This document shows positions 14,486-27,148 of a stretch of DNA of 56,247 bases, piece after piece (position 1 is the first letter of the stretch; each line of letters opens with the position of its first letter). Source of the stretch: Anaeramoeba ignava BMAN (lineage: Eukaryota > Protista > Anaeramoebae); contig JAPDFW010000082.1 in assembly GCA_028826165.1 (NCBI GenBank), positions 315,467 to 371,713 on the forward strand, written 5' to 3'. Both the position numbers and the translations under genes were made by a program. Under the pieces are notes generated by a model that was not told where the DNA came from, did no database searches, and saw nothing but the letters and a program-made list of their open reading frames with translations.

Positions 14486-15635
14486 ATGAAAATTGAAGTT
14501 TATTTTTCTTTAATTTTTCTTCTTTTGATTTTAATTTTTCAATTAAATTTTTCAATTAATTTACAAAAGGATGATTGTAATCAATATGAAAATTGTACTG
14601 ATTGTTTAACAAAACCAGACCAAAAAGGAGATTGTATATGGTGTGAAAATAATTCAATTTGTCAAACTTCTACAAATTTTTGTCCAAATAATATAACTAA
14701 TTCAACTAATTGCCCAACACCAACACCATCACCTTCTACATCACCATCTACATCACCATCTACATCACCTTCTACATCACCATCTACATTAATTCACCTT
14801 CTAATTCACCATCTACATCACCTTCTAATTCACCTTCTAATTCACCATCTAATTCACCTTCTAATTCTTCCTTTAATTTTTTTGCATTTATAATTTCACA
14901 TTTCTTTTTTTTCTTCTAATTCACCTTTTTCTTTTCATTTTAATTCCTTTCTATCATTCGCCATTTTATTTCTACTATTTGGTCACCTCATTTCATATCG
15001 CCACTAATTATCATTTTTCATTTTCTAATTCGCCATCTGATTTCACCTTCTATTTCACTTTCATCTAATTCATATTCACCTTTTTCATCACCTTTACATT
15101 CACCTTTTAATTCAATTTCCATCTTCTAATTCACTTTTCTAATTTGCCTTCTTTAATTCATTCTTTCATCATTCTTTCACCTTCTAATTCACCTTCTACA
15201 TCACCTTCTAATTCACCATCTACATCACCTTCTAATTCACCAACACCAACACCATCAGAAACACCAACACCAACACCTTCTAATTCACCAACACCAACAC
15301 CATCTAATTCACCAACACCAACACCAACACCAACACCAACACCTTCTGAATCACCATCTAATTCACCTTCTAATTCACCTTCTGAATCACCTTCTGAATC
15401 ACCATCTAAATCACCTTCTGAATCACCACAACCAAGCCAAAGTGAAAATAAATCAAATTCTGCAGTTGTTTATGCTTCAGTCATTATCATTTTATCTGTT
15501 GGTGGATTCTTATTTTATTATCATCATAAACGCAAACAAAGTAATAGAGAATTTCATCCAATTAATCAACAACCCCAAGAAACTGAAATGGGAGCAGGAC
15601 TTTTTGATATAAATGGAGATGAATTTGATGATTAG
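14486..15635 (+). CDS. Type I membrane protein: signal peptide, Cys-rich PSI-like domain, Ser/Pro/Thr mucin-like stalk, TM helix
   Basis: MKIEVYFSLIFLLL signal; CxxYxNCxxC...CIWCxxxxxC; (SPSN/SPST/TP)n stalk; AVVYASVIIILSVGGFLFYY TM. The middle (about 14790-15170) is frame-broken, probably noisy sequence. Confidence 0.65.
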
Positions 15636-15835
15636 AATTAAAAACAAAAATATTCCATATTTTTTTTTTGTTTGAATTGCTTATTTTTTTTTAATCAAAA
15701 AAATTTAAAAAAATCAAAAAATTTTTTTTCATTTTTTTTCTTTTTTCTTTTTTTCTTTTTTTTAATTTAAATTTCGGAAAAATTGGAAATAAAAAATAAA
15801 AATAAAAATAAAAACTAAAATAAAAATTAAACGGT

Positions 15836-18800
15836 ATGGGAATTTGCAAATCAACACCACGAAACATGACGGAGAATTATTCGCACAACGGGAAGAATAC
15901 AACACAACTTCCTGATTTTCTACGGCGATGCGAACAATTAAGGACACTTGACATATCGGGAAATCGGGTCAACCAATTACCACAACAGCTTCTGAAATAC
16001 AACACGCTAGAAACCTTAGAGTGGCGAGAGAATCATCTCGAGAAGTTTCCGACAAGCATTCTCCGACTGTCAAGACTTCAGAACCTCGATCTGTCTGGGA
16101 ATTTGATCTCGGAAATACCCGAGCAAATTTCCCGATTGAAAAGTTTAAACATCTTGAATTTATCAGCAAACCGACTCGCATCAATCCCACAAATGCATTG
16201 CTCCGCCTTTGCAATGCTTTCCGGATTGCGGATCTTGAATCTCGACCGCAATCATCTGACAGAGTTTCCAGGGTGTTTATTGGCACTACAAAATCTCAGA
16301 GAACTGGGAATCAATGGGAACAAATTAGAGACCTTGCGAGTGCATCATGACGGACAATATTCCCAGTTCGAGAGTCTTATTGTGCTCACTGTGGAATCCA
16401 ATGTATTGACAGAATTTTTCGATCCAAAAAGTTCGCCTTTATTCGCAAAGTTACAGACACTAGCAATTGCGCATAATAGGATCACGAAGCTGCCCAATAC
16501 GATCAAGGATCTTAAGGAGCTGAAGACGCTGAAGATGGATCATAACCTTGTGGAGGAAATTGATCCTGCGCTGGGTGATCTGAATAAACTAAATGTGCTC
16601 AACTTGTCGGGTAACTTGATCCGACAGTTCCCCGAGATGGACCCTAATGGCATAGGGTTCTCGCTTGTTGAGCTTCTTCTCGACTCGAACAATCTCTCCC
16701 GTGTCCCCACTCTTGTCAACCGTCTTCGTTCTCTGCGCAAATTGGGGCTGTCAAAGAATAGGATTTCAGATGTCAGTATTCATTCCCCAAGTATCTCACA
16801 TTTGGATCTTTCATCAAACCTCGTGGATAATCTTTCCGATGATACTTTCTCCCGAGCACTTTCTCTACAGACTCTTCTTCTTGGCGGGAACAATCTCCAA
16901 CGACTTCCAAAATCCTTGAATTCGCTCAATCAGCTGTCAACTTTGAATGTTTCCAAAAATAAGATTCAATCTCTTCCTTTTGAATTTGCTCAACTAACAA
17001 GCTTGACCTATCTCGATCTCTCCAGCAATGTGATCAAAGAGCTTCCCCAAGAATTCGGGACTTTAACGGCTCTCGGTACTCTTCTTCTCAACGGAAATCT
17101 CCTTGTCAAACTCCCTCCCACTTTTTCGCGTCTTCACAAACTCGTCTCACTCAATCTTGCTTGTAACTTGTTTGATCGTTTCCCGAACCCAATATGCTTT
17201 CTGCAGAGACTCGAGCGTCTTAATATCTCCAACTGCAAACTCTCTTATCTGCCTTCCCGCGTGTTCTCTCTTACTTCTCTTCGCTCCCTTGATGTCAGCA
17301 ACAACAGAATATACTATCTTCCAAGAATCCCTGGTAGATCTTCTGCTCTCGCCTCCCTCAATCTCAGCGCAAACCACATCCTTTCTGTATCAACAAAATT
17401 CTTCCAACAAATTGCTCATTCAAAACAATCCCCTATATCTTTGGATCTTTCTTCAAATAGTATTCCAGAGCTTCCCAATGTTCCTGATCTTCTTTCTAAT
17501 GTTGCAGATCTTGATATCTCACATAACGCCCTTCTCACATTCCCTCCTGCACCTCTCCAGAATCTTCCTGCCTTGCGTTCCCTCAATATTTCCTTCAACC
17601 AAATTTCCGATCTCGATCTTTCTCCTCTCAGCGCAAGTCCCATTCTCCAGATTCTCCGTCTCGAAGGCAACTCTCTTGCTCCACAATTCCTCCAAACTCT
17701 TCGCCATTTTGATTCTTCAAAGACTCCCTCTAATTCTAATTCTAATCCTAATCCTAATTCCAATCCTAATTCCAATCCTAATCCTAACCCTCTTTTAACC
17801 CCCATTTTTCCGGCACTTTCTGACATCTCAATCTCTATTGTTCCTCACTTCTCTTTCTCCTCAATACGCTCTGTCAATCCTCATTCTCTTCGTTTCCGTG
17901 TTGGTTCTTCAGAAACTCGCGGCGATCGTTTATCTATGGAAGATGCTATTGATATCCGTGGAAACTTTTCCAGATATGCTAATATGGAACTTTTTGCACT
18001 TTATGATGGTCATTTCGACCGTTCTGCTGCTCATTTTGCAAGTGCTCATTTGTCTTCTCTTATTGAAACCTCTATTATTGGATTACTTACAAAACGTCCC
18101 TGTAAGGCTCCTTCTACATACCCCTTTTCACAAAACATATCCCCTAAAAATGTCAATGTCGCAAACGAAAATTTTGACATTAATCTTGATTCACAGAACG
18201 AAGATCCTTCTCATCCCAATACAATCAATGTCAAAAATCAAAATCAAATTCAAAATCAAAATCAAAATCAAAATCAAAATCAAAATAAAATTCAAAATCA
18301 AAATTTAAACAAAATTAAAAACCAAGAACCTTTTTTCGAAATTGATCCACCTTCAGATATTCAAGTCTCAGATATCAGACAATCACTAATCCAAACATTT
18401 CGGAAATTCAACGACACATTAAAATCAAAGCAAATAAAATCTGGAACAACTGCACTAATTGGATTATTCATAGCAGATTTATGTTTTGTTGCCAACATTG
18501 GGGATTCACGTGCAGTACTTAATCGAAACGGAAGAGCAGTGCGATTATCATTTGATCACCAGCCAAAAATCCCAGAAGAACGAGCACGAATCACAGCGCT
18601 TGGTGGTATTGTATCAGCAGATGGCCGAATCAACGGAGTGCTTGGCGTTTCTCGTTCTTTCGGTGATTTTGCATTTTCACCATTTGTCACTTGCGATCCT
18701 TATGTTTCTGTCACTTCGATCCAAAAAGGAGATCGTCATCTTATTCTTGCTTGTGACGGTGTTTGGGATGTTCTTTCTGACCAAGATGCTGTTGATGCTG

Positions 18801-19420
18801 CAAAATTTGCTGATGATCCTCAAGTTGCCGCTTTGAGAATTAGAAATTTCGCTCTTGCTTCTGGAAGTACTGATAATATTTCTGTGATTGTTATTGATTT
18901 GGATCCTGCCAAACATTTAAATCCTCAAAATCCTACTAATCTAGATACAGAACGCAGAGAACAACTTATTTCTCTTGCGGAATTCGAGAAGGAAAATCAA
19001 GAGTTATTGAAAATTAATGAGACAAAACAAAAGATGATCCAACATTTTGAAACTGGAGATTCTTTTAGTGATGATATTTCTTTATCTGAAGATTTAAAAG
19101 AAGAAGATGATTTAAAAGAAAATGAAAATTTAAATGAAAATGAAAATTTAAATGAAAATCAAAATTTAATTCAAAATCAAAATCAAAATCAAAAAAATAT
19201 TTATATTAATAATGATAATGATAATGATAATGACTTAAATATAGAAACTTGGGTTGATATGGAAAATACTCTCGATTTTCGTCAAAATCCTCTTCTTAAT
19301 CATCCAAAAAAAAATCTTAGTTTTGATATAAACAAATTAGACTTCGAATTGGAAAATTTGGATTTTCCTTTTGATTCTTTATCAAATAAAACAAATATAG
19401 ATCAGAATAATCATAATTAA
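15836..19420 (+). CDS. Leucine-rich repeat + PP2C phosphatase (PHLPP-like architecture)
   Basis: More than 20 LxxLxLxxNxL repeats followed by PP2C motifs RLSMEDA, LYDGH, SGTTA, ANIGDSRAVL, VSRSFGD, LACDGVWDV, GSTDNISV. Single ORF. Confidence 0.93.
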   Translation: MGICKSTPRNMTENYSHNGKNTTQLPDFLRRCEQLRTLDISGNRVNQLPQQLLKYNTLETLEWRENHLEKFPTSILRLSRLQNLDLSGNLISEIPEQISRLKSLNILNLSANRLASIPQMHCSAFAMLSGLRILNLDRNHLTEFPGCLLALQNLRELGINGNKLETLRVHHDGQYSQFESLIVLTVESNVLTEFFDPKSSPLFAKLQTLAIAHNRITKLPNTIKDLKELKTLKMDHNLVEEIDPALGDLNKLNVLNLSGNLIRQFPEMDPNGIGFSLVELLLDSNNLSRVPTLVNRLRSLRKLGLSKNRISDVSIHSPSISHLDLSSNLVDNLSDDTFSRALSLQTLLLGGNNLQRLPKSLNSLNQLSTLNVSKNKIQSLPFEFAQLTSLTYLDLSSNVIKELPQEFGTLTALGTLLLNGNLLVKLPPTFSRLHKLVSLNLACNLFDRFPNPICFLQRLERLNISNCKLSYLPSRVFSLTSLRSLDVSNNRIYYLPRIPGRSSALASLNLSANHILSVSTKFFQQIAHSKQSPISLDLSSNSIPELPNVPDLLSNVADLDISHNALLTFPPAPLQNLPALRSLNISFNQISDLDLSPLSASPILQILRLEGNSLAPQFLQTLRHFDSSKTPSNSNSNPNPNSNPNSNPNPNPLLTPIFPALSDISISIVPHFSFSSIRSVNPHSLRFRVGSSETRGDRLSMEDAIDIRGNFSRYANMELFALYDGHFDRSAAHFASAHLSSLIETSIIGLLTKRPCKAPSTYPFSQNISPKNVNVANENFDINLDSQNEDPSHPNTINVKNQNQIQNQNQNQNQNQNKIQNQNLNKIKNQEPFFEIDPPSDIQVSDIRQSLIQTFRKFNDTLKSKQIKSGTTALIGLFIADLCFVANIGDSRAVLNRNGRAVRLSFDHQPKIPEERARITALGGIVSADGRINGVLGVSRSFGDFAFSPFVTCDPYVSVTSIQKGDRHLILACDGVWDVLSDQDAVDAAKFADDPQVAALRIRNFALASGSTDNISVIVIDLDPAKHLNPQNPTNLDTERREQLISLAEFEKENQELLKINETKQKMIQHFETGDSFSDDISLSEDLKEEDDLKENENLNENENLNENQNLIQNQNQNQKNIYINNDNDNDNDLNIETWVDMENTLDFRQNPLLNHPKKNLSFDINKLDFELENLDFPFDSLSNKTNIDQNNHN

Positions 19421-19719
19421 TTATTAAAATTTAGATTAAAATATTAATATTATTATTAGAATATGAATTTCAAATGAAAAAAAAAAGTAATATAAGAAAA
19501 AGTGATTCTTTTCAAATTTTGTAATTAAAATTTAAATTAAAAAATTATCTTTCAAAATTCTCATCTTCAAAAATACATTCTTTAACTTCATTTCCAATAT
19601 TTTTTTTTAATATTGTTTATGAATTCAATGATAATTCATTTTAAATAAAATTTTTGTGTTCTTTATTTTTTTCATTTTTTCATTTTTTTCATTTTTCTTT
19701 TTCATTTTTCTTATATAAA

Positions 19720-21062
19720 ATGTCTTTATCTCAAAAATTATTTCTTCATAAAACTTTCTTTTTTCTTTTTACAAATAAAAGAATAAATCTTAAATTCTCA
19801 CTTGAAAAAAAATTTAAAACTCAAGTAAAAAAACATAATTCAAAATTAATTCAAAATTTTTAATCCAAAAAAAAAAAATTTTTTTTCATTTTATTAAGAT
19901 TATTCTTCCAAAAAATCAATCAAAAAAAATTCAAAAACAACAACAACAAAATTCCTTTATAGAAATTGAAATCAATGGAAATGATCAAAAATCAATTAAT
20001 TTAACAATTCAAGAAATTTTTAAAATTGCACGAAAAAACAGAAAATTTACACATTTCATCTCAATTCCTTTAAATCAATCAACTTTCCAAGAAAATTTAA
20101 AAAAAATTCAAGAAAAAATACAAGAGGTTTATTCAGAACCACAAAATAAATCAATTCCATTCAACAAAAATTTTTTTACTCCAATAGAAAAAAATCATTT
20201 CACACTTTTTATGATTTCAATATTTTCACAAGTTCATTTAGAAAAAGCAAAAAATATTCTTCGTAATTTCAAATTTGATTTGGATCTCAACAAAATAACT
20301 CTTTCTTTAAAAGGAATAGGAACATTCCAAAACTCAATTGCTTCAAATTGCAGAGTTTTATTTGCAAAATTTAATAAAGAAGATTACAATTCAAGTTTTG
20401 AAGCTATTCATCAAATTTCCATCAATTTAAAAAAGCAATTTATTAATTCGGGCATTCAAGTTGATCCAGAACCTCTTCAACTTCATGCTACTATTTTTAA
20501 AATTCGTCCAACAGGCAGAAATAAAGCTGGAATTAATATCAATCCACTTTTACAAAATTCTCAACTTATAGATTTTTTTTTTGGAAAAGAAAAACTTTCA
20601 GAAATTCATTTATCTTCTTTATCTCCTTCTTTAGGATATTATAATTCTGAGGAAGTTTTTTTTGTTTCTAAAACGCATAGAAATACAGAACAAAATGAAA
20701 ATCAAAACAAAAACAAAAACAAAAACAAAAACAAAAACAAATATAAAAACAAAAACCAAAACAAAAACAAAAATCAACATTCAATTAATTCAAATTCAAA
20801 TTCAAATTCAAATTCAAATTCAAATTCAAATTCAAATTCAAATTCAAATTCTGATTCTGATTCTGATTCTGATTCTGATTCTGATTCTGATTCTGATTCT
20901 AATTCAAATTCTAATTCTAATTCAAATTCTAATTCTAATTCTAATTCTAATTCTAATTCTAATTCTAATTCTAATTCAAATTCAAATTCTAATTCAAATT
21001 CTAATTCTAATTCTGATTCTGATTCTGATTCTGATTCTGATTCTGATTCTGATTCTAATTAA
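19720..21062 (+). CDS. ASCC1/AKAP7-like 2H phosphoesterase protein
   Basis: ATG 19720, intron 19825-19898, then FTHFISIPL, HFTL and LHATIF (two HxT motifs) in frame with ORF 20211-21062; Asn/Ser/Asp repeat tail. Confidence 0.75.
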
Positions 21063-21910
21063 AATCAAAAATTTAATTGATTCAAATGATTATGATTAAA
21101 ATGATTAAATTAAAATCAAAAATTTAATTGATTCAAGTGATTCAAATGATTATGATTAAATTCAAATCAAATCAAATTAAATTAGATTAAATTAAATTAA
21201 ATTCAATTAAATTAAATTAAATCAAAATCAAAAATTTAATTGATTCAAATGATTCAAATGATTCAAATGATTCAAATGATTAAATCCAAATTAAATCAAA
21301 TTAAATCAAAAATTTAATTGATTCAAATGATTAAATTGATTTAAATTAAATTAAATCAAATTAGATTAAATCAAAGTTAAATCAAATCAAAGTTAAATTA
21401 AATTCAAATGATTATGATTAAATTAAATTCAAATCAAATCAAAATTAGATTAAATTAAATTAAATTAAATTAAATTAAATTCAAATCAAAATTAAATTGA
21501 TTCAAATGATTCAAATGATTATGATTAAATTCAAATCAAATCAAATTAAATCAAATTAAATTAAATTAAAATCAAAAATTTAATTGATTCAAATGATTCA
21601 AGTGATTCAAATGATTAAAATGATTATGATTAAATTCAAATCAAATCAAAATTAGATTAAATTAAATCAAAATTAAATTAAATTAAATTAAATTAAATTA
21701 AATTAAATTAAATTCAAATTAAATCAAATTAAATTAAATTAAAATCAAAAATTTAATTGATTCAAATGATTATGATTAAAATGATTAAATTAAAATCAAA
21801 AATTCAAATGATTAAAATGATTATGATTAAATTCAAATCAAATCAAATTAAATTAAATTCAAATCAAAATTAAATTAAATTAAATTAAATTAAATTAAAT
21901 TAAATTAAAA
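21063..21910. repeat. Intergenic compound AT satellite (AAATT / GATTCAAAT units)
   Basis: Interleaved TTAAA and TGATTCAAA repeats. Confidence 0.8.
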
Positions 21911-21957
21911 TTTTTCATTTTTCATTTTTCATTTTTCATTTTTGTTTAAAAAAAAAA

Positions 21958-22608
21958 ATGTCCGATTCTGTTATGGATGATATTGAAAAACAATTACTTA
22001 ACACTTGTGAAATTCTTCGCCAACTTGAAATAATTGTTCAAGATTATGAAACAGATAATCAAGGAATTCTTTTCGAAACAATGTAAAAAATAATAAAAAT
22101 AAAAAAAAATTTTTTTTTTAATTTAAAATTGTTTTATTGAATTTTTTAAAAGAAATCAACTTGTAGAATGCTTTATACATCTTGAATCCTTTGAAAAAGA
22201 AGCACCTCAAATTATTCCATTTGGTGTTCTTGAGTAAAAATTTTGATAAAATTTTATTAAAATTTTAATAAAATTTTTTAATTAAAATTATAATTGAAAT
22301 TTATTTTTTATTTTTTATTTAAAATATTATTTTTTTGGAATAGAAAAATTGATGAATTTGTAAATCCTGATATTTATACAAAAGAATGTCTTGAAACTTG
22401 TATTGAAAAAACAAAAGATATTAAAGTTAAAACAACAAGACTTGAAGTAATTATTTATTTTTTAAAATTTAAAAATTTAAAATTTAAATTTAAAAATTTT
22501 TTTTAATAGCTTTTTAGACAAACTTTGGAAAAAGAAATGAAAAAAAACTTCTCTAATATTGTTGAAGATTATAAAAAACAAGTTGATTCTCCTGATATTT
22601 TTAAATAG
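21958..22608 (+). CDS. MED10: Mediator subunit 10
   Basis: Four exons giving MSDSVMDDIEKQLLNTCEILRQLEIIVQDY...IIPFGVLE|KIDEFVNPDIYTKECLE...LFRQTLEKEM; matches the Med10 IPxxVxxxID.xxNPDxYT motif. Confidence 0.82.
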
Positions 22609-22741
22609 AAATGAATTATTATTAAAATTACTTTTATAATTATTATTCAAAAATAAAAAAATAATCAAAATTTTCCTCAAAAATAAAAAAATTATTTTTT
22701 TATTGAAAAAAAAGAAAGAAAGAAAAAAAAAAAGAAATTAT

Positions 22742-25700
22742 CTAATCAAAAAAATCACCTAAAATTGTTGAAGGATCAACTCTTTCTTCATAATAATTCA
22801 ATTTTGATTTTGGATTTAATTGAAAAAAATCAACCAAAAAATTAAAATCAAAATCAGGATCAGAATCTTTTTTTGTTTGAACAATCAAATAATCTTCATC
22901 TTCTGGATTAAGTTTATCTGAGTAAAGAAATTTAACAAGTAAATTCATAGAATGGAAATTTTTTCCAGTGTAATCTTTAGTTCGATTTGAATCATCTTGA
23001 ACAAGAAGAAACATTTGCCTAAATAATTCACTTCTTGTTTGGAGAATCAATTTGTGAACTTTGATTTCTTTTTCTTGGACTTCGATGACAAAATCTTTAC
23101 TTTCCTCATCATAATACAATTTCATAATGTCTTCTTTTAAAGATCTTTTTTGTGGATTTGAAATTCCAATTTCCGTTAAAATGTCAAAAAAATTTTTCGA
23201 AATATTTTCCTTTTCTTCAAAAATTGATGTTGATTTCTTTTGATATTCAACTTTTCCTGTATAAATCCAAATCAAAATTGCTTTAACTTCTTCTTCTGTA
23301 AATTTTGATAATATCTCTCTCACTTCTTCTGCTTTTTTTCCTGTTCGTATTTCAATCATTAACCGATGAACTTTGAATTTTGATATTTGGAAATCTGTGA
23401 ATTCACTTCTTTCGAATAAATTCAAAAAATCTTCATGAAAAGATTCTGCTGTTTCTCGAAATAATTCGAGATTATCCTCAAACACATTTTCTATAATTTT
23501 TTCTTTATCGTTTTTGGACGGATTAATATATCCTTTATCTACTAAATAATCTATGATTTTTGTATTTTCTTCATTTTTAATTTTGGAATTTCGATAAACT
23601 AAATCAACTGCATCCTATTTCCAAAAATATCTCAAAATTAGAACATTTATTTTCATAATAATTTTGTTTTTTGTTTTTACAAAAGGAATTAAATCTGGTG
23701 ATTTCTCAAATAAATATTCAATAATCTCAATATTAAGCGCTTTACTTTCTAAAAACAATCCTTGTCCCAAAGACTAAATAATAAAAAGAAAATTAATTTC
23801 TTTTTCTTTTTCTTTTTCTTTTTCTTTTACACATTTCTAAATCAAATATTATATTGATTAGTATTAATTAAAAATTATACAAATATTACAGTTTTGTTTT
23901 ATATTATATTATTTTTTTTTCTTTACTTCATTTCTAGATAAAGATTCACTTATAAAAGTATCTAATAATTCGACTGTAATTTTCTCATTATTGCATAATA
24001 TTGTCAATGGTGTTGCCTTTTTAGAAAATAATTTAATTTAAATTTAATTTAATTTAATTTATAACATTTCTTTCTATATTTCTTTTTCTTCAGTTTGTTT
24101 TTACATTCTATTTTTAAACAAAAGTTATCTTTAAATTTTAATCATTTTATTTTTCTGTTTTGAAATTAATCAATTAATTTACATACTAATAATAAATTAA
24201 ATTAAAATTGATATTCTTTTTCTCTTTTTAAATATAATTTATAATTTTACAGACTATTATTATTTATCAATTAATTTATAATTAATTTATTTATCAATTT
24301 ATAATTATTTATTAATCAATTTATAATTATTATTTTACTGTTTGAGTATTCATTTTTGCTCCATTTTCAAGAAGAAACTTCATCATCTCAATTGTTATTG
24401 ATGGATTACCACATAAACTATGGAAAGTTGTATACTATCAAAAAAAAGAAAATTGTTTTGATTAATTTAATAATTTTAAAAATATTCATTTTTCTGTTTT
24501 AAAAAATTAATTAATAATAAATTAAATTAAATTCTTTTTAATTTTTAAAAATAAGAATTCATTTTTCTATTTTTTAAAAATCATTCAATTAATTTCAATT
24601 TTATATTATTTAATTAATTAATTTATAAATTAAATTAAAATTGATATTATTATTTTTCTTTTTTAAATATAATCAATTTATAATTTTACAGACTTATTAT
24701 TTATTTATTAATCAATTTAGTTCTAATTTATTTATTTATTAATTAATTAATCAATTTATAATTATTTATTTATTTTAATTAATTTATAATTATTATTTTT
24801 ATTAATTAATTTATTAATCAATTTATAATTATTATTTTATTAATTAATTTATATTTATTAATTAATTAATCAATTTATAATTATTTATTAATCAATTTAT
24901 AATTATTATTTTTTTTTTTCTATTCTTTCAAAAAATAATATTTTACTGTTTGAGTAGCAATTTCTGCTCCATTTTCAAGAAGAAGCTTCATCATCTCAAT
25001 TGTTACTGATGGATTACCACATAAATTATGGAAAGGTGTAGTCTATTAAAACAAATGTTTTGATTAATTTAATAATTTTAAATAACTTTTCTTATAAAAT
25101 TAATTACACCCTAAATTCCATAATTTTTTTAAAAAATAAGAATTCATTTTTTCTGTTTTAAAATCATTCAATTAATTTACATACTAAAATTTAAAATTTA
25201 AAATTTAAAATTTATATCTAATTTTTTTTCTTTTCTCAAAAATTTTATATACAGAATTGTTGTTAATTTCTGCTCCATTATCAATAAGAAGTTTCAACAT
25301 TTCAAATGTTACCGATTTGTTACGAGCTAAAAAATACAAAAGAGAAACCTATGGAAATGATCATAGAAATAATAATTTAAACAATTTCATTAAATATTTT
25401 AAAATTTTTATTTTAAAATGAATTGATTTTCTTTTACATTCTATAAAATTATTGGATAAAAACATAAATAAATTAAAATTTTGAAAATTTAAATAAAGAA
25501 AATTACAGATTCCTAAAATAATTTGTTTTATTATAACAATTTCTTTTTTTTTTCTCTTAATTTTAGTTACATTAACTCTTTTGAAATCGCATCCTTTTGA
25601 GACGAAATATTCCAATATTTCAATATTAATAGATTCATTTTCACAAAGATATTGAAGTGGAGAAACCTAATCCAAAAAAAAAGGAAAAGGAAAATGAATA

Positions 25701-27148
25701 TCTTAAATATAAAATTTAAATAAATATTATTTATATATACAATAGGTTTTTTTGGATCCAAAATTGATAAAGGAAATAATTTAATCATCGGGAGTGTGAC
25801 TGATTTATTCGTACAAAGTAAATGAAAAGGTGTTATCTAAAATAAAAATATATTTCAAAATTATATATATTAAGGAAATTTTCTTTATTATTACATGCTA
25901 TAAATTGAAAATGTTTAAAAATCTCCGTTTTTTTGATGAAAGAATCAAATCATTTAATTCTTACTTTCTAAAATAAAATCATTTAATTTTCATTTTGAAA
26001 TTGATTTTATATCAAATAAAATTTACATACTATACATATTAAATTTTTTTTTATAAACTCAAAATTTGATAAAGTTGTTGAAAAAAAAATTTTTTACATA
26101 CTAATCATCATTAAAAAAATGGAGATGAATAAATTTTTTTTTGAATAAACTAATTGATTTTTTATTTAAGTAAATAATGTTACAATCTTTAAAAAGAGAA
26201 AAATTATTTTAAATCACAAAAAAACAAAAGTTATTTTTCTCAAAGAAAAAAAAAAATTCACATCTAAAGAGGAAATCTAATTTAAAATTAAATAAATATA
26301 AAGAATCAACAATTAATAAAAGAAAAAATATTAGTTTAATTTTTTCATCACTATTTATTATTTTACAGTTAACTAAAGAAGATGAAAATTAGAATTTTGA
26401 ATTTTGAATTTTTTGAATTTTATTTTTATTTTGAATTTACATAACTTTCTTTTAAAATCGCATTATTATCAAGACAAAATTTAAGTAAATCAACTGTAAC
26501 AGATTTATTCATGCATAACACATGAAATGGAGTCATCTAAATTTCAAGCAAAGTTAAATTTCAAAAATAATTGTTTTTTGAAATGAATATAATAATTACT
26601 TTCTAAATAAAAATGAATAATTTTCCTTTTATTCTTTGAAATTGAAACGATTTTCTTGTGTTTTAAAATTTACATTCTTTAAAAATTAATTAAGAAAAAA
26701 ACATTCATTTACAAATATATATCGATATTTATATTAATTTAATTAAATAAAATTGAAAAATAAATTAAATTAAATTAAATCAAATAGTATTCACTTCTTT
26801 TTCTTCATTTAATGAATTCCCATTATCTAATAAAAATTGAATCATTGGAATATCAACATTTTTATTTTCACATAAATTATGAAGTGAAGTATTTTTTAAA
26901 ATTGGTTTTTTTTGTTTTGAAGTTCTATAAATTGATGGTTTCTAAATTAACAAAAATTAATTAAATTATTTTTTAAATTGTTTTTTCTTTTTTTTTGATT
27001 AATAATTTACTATTTTTTCAAGGAAACCACTTGATTGTAAAAGTGTATAAAATTCTTTAACTTCTTTTAAATTTTTAAATTTTTGAAATTTCTTAAAAGG
27101 TTTTTTTGGAATTAATTTTAATAAAGAAGGATTTGGAGTATTTTTCAT
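22742..27148 (-). CDS. Ankyrin-repeat + tandem BTB/POZ protein (gene A), one repeat per exon plus microexons
   Basis: Phase-0 exons 27148-27011, 26941-26795, 26536-26441, 25836-25741, 25666-25571, 25348-25253, 25042-24947, 24434-24339, 24016-23927, 23773-23681, 23614-22742. xTPFHxLCxN repeats; last exon has two BTB signatures (TDFQI..KVHRLMI; KDFVIEV..IKVHKLILQTRSELFRQMF). Confidence 0.88.
23831..26676 (-). other. 17 candidate microexons (14 x 3 nt, 3 x 6 nt) of gene A
   Basis: AG-x-GT on the minus strand at 26676-74 N, 26602-00 K, 26372-67 LT, 26186-84 I, 26100-098 Y, 26029-27 Y, 25967-65 K, 25897-95 H, 25512-07 ES, 25440-38 N, 25183-81 Y, 25110-08 G, 24692-90 S, 24253-51 S, 24185-83 Y, 24107-05 N, 23836-31 KC. 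Confidence 0.8.

Noticed and set aside
14790-15170. Degenerate TCACC repeat as an intron or separate element
   Set aside because: It looks like a noisy version of the flanking Ser-Pro codon repeats, without clear splice sites.
24064-24071. AG-AAAT-GT (4 nt) unit on the minus strand in gene A
   Set aside because: It would break the frame, lies too close to neighbouring sites, and the S-Y-N set already completes the hairpin.
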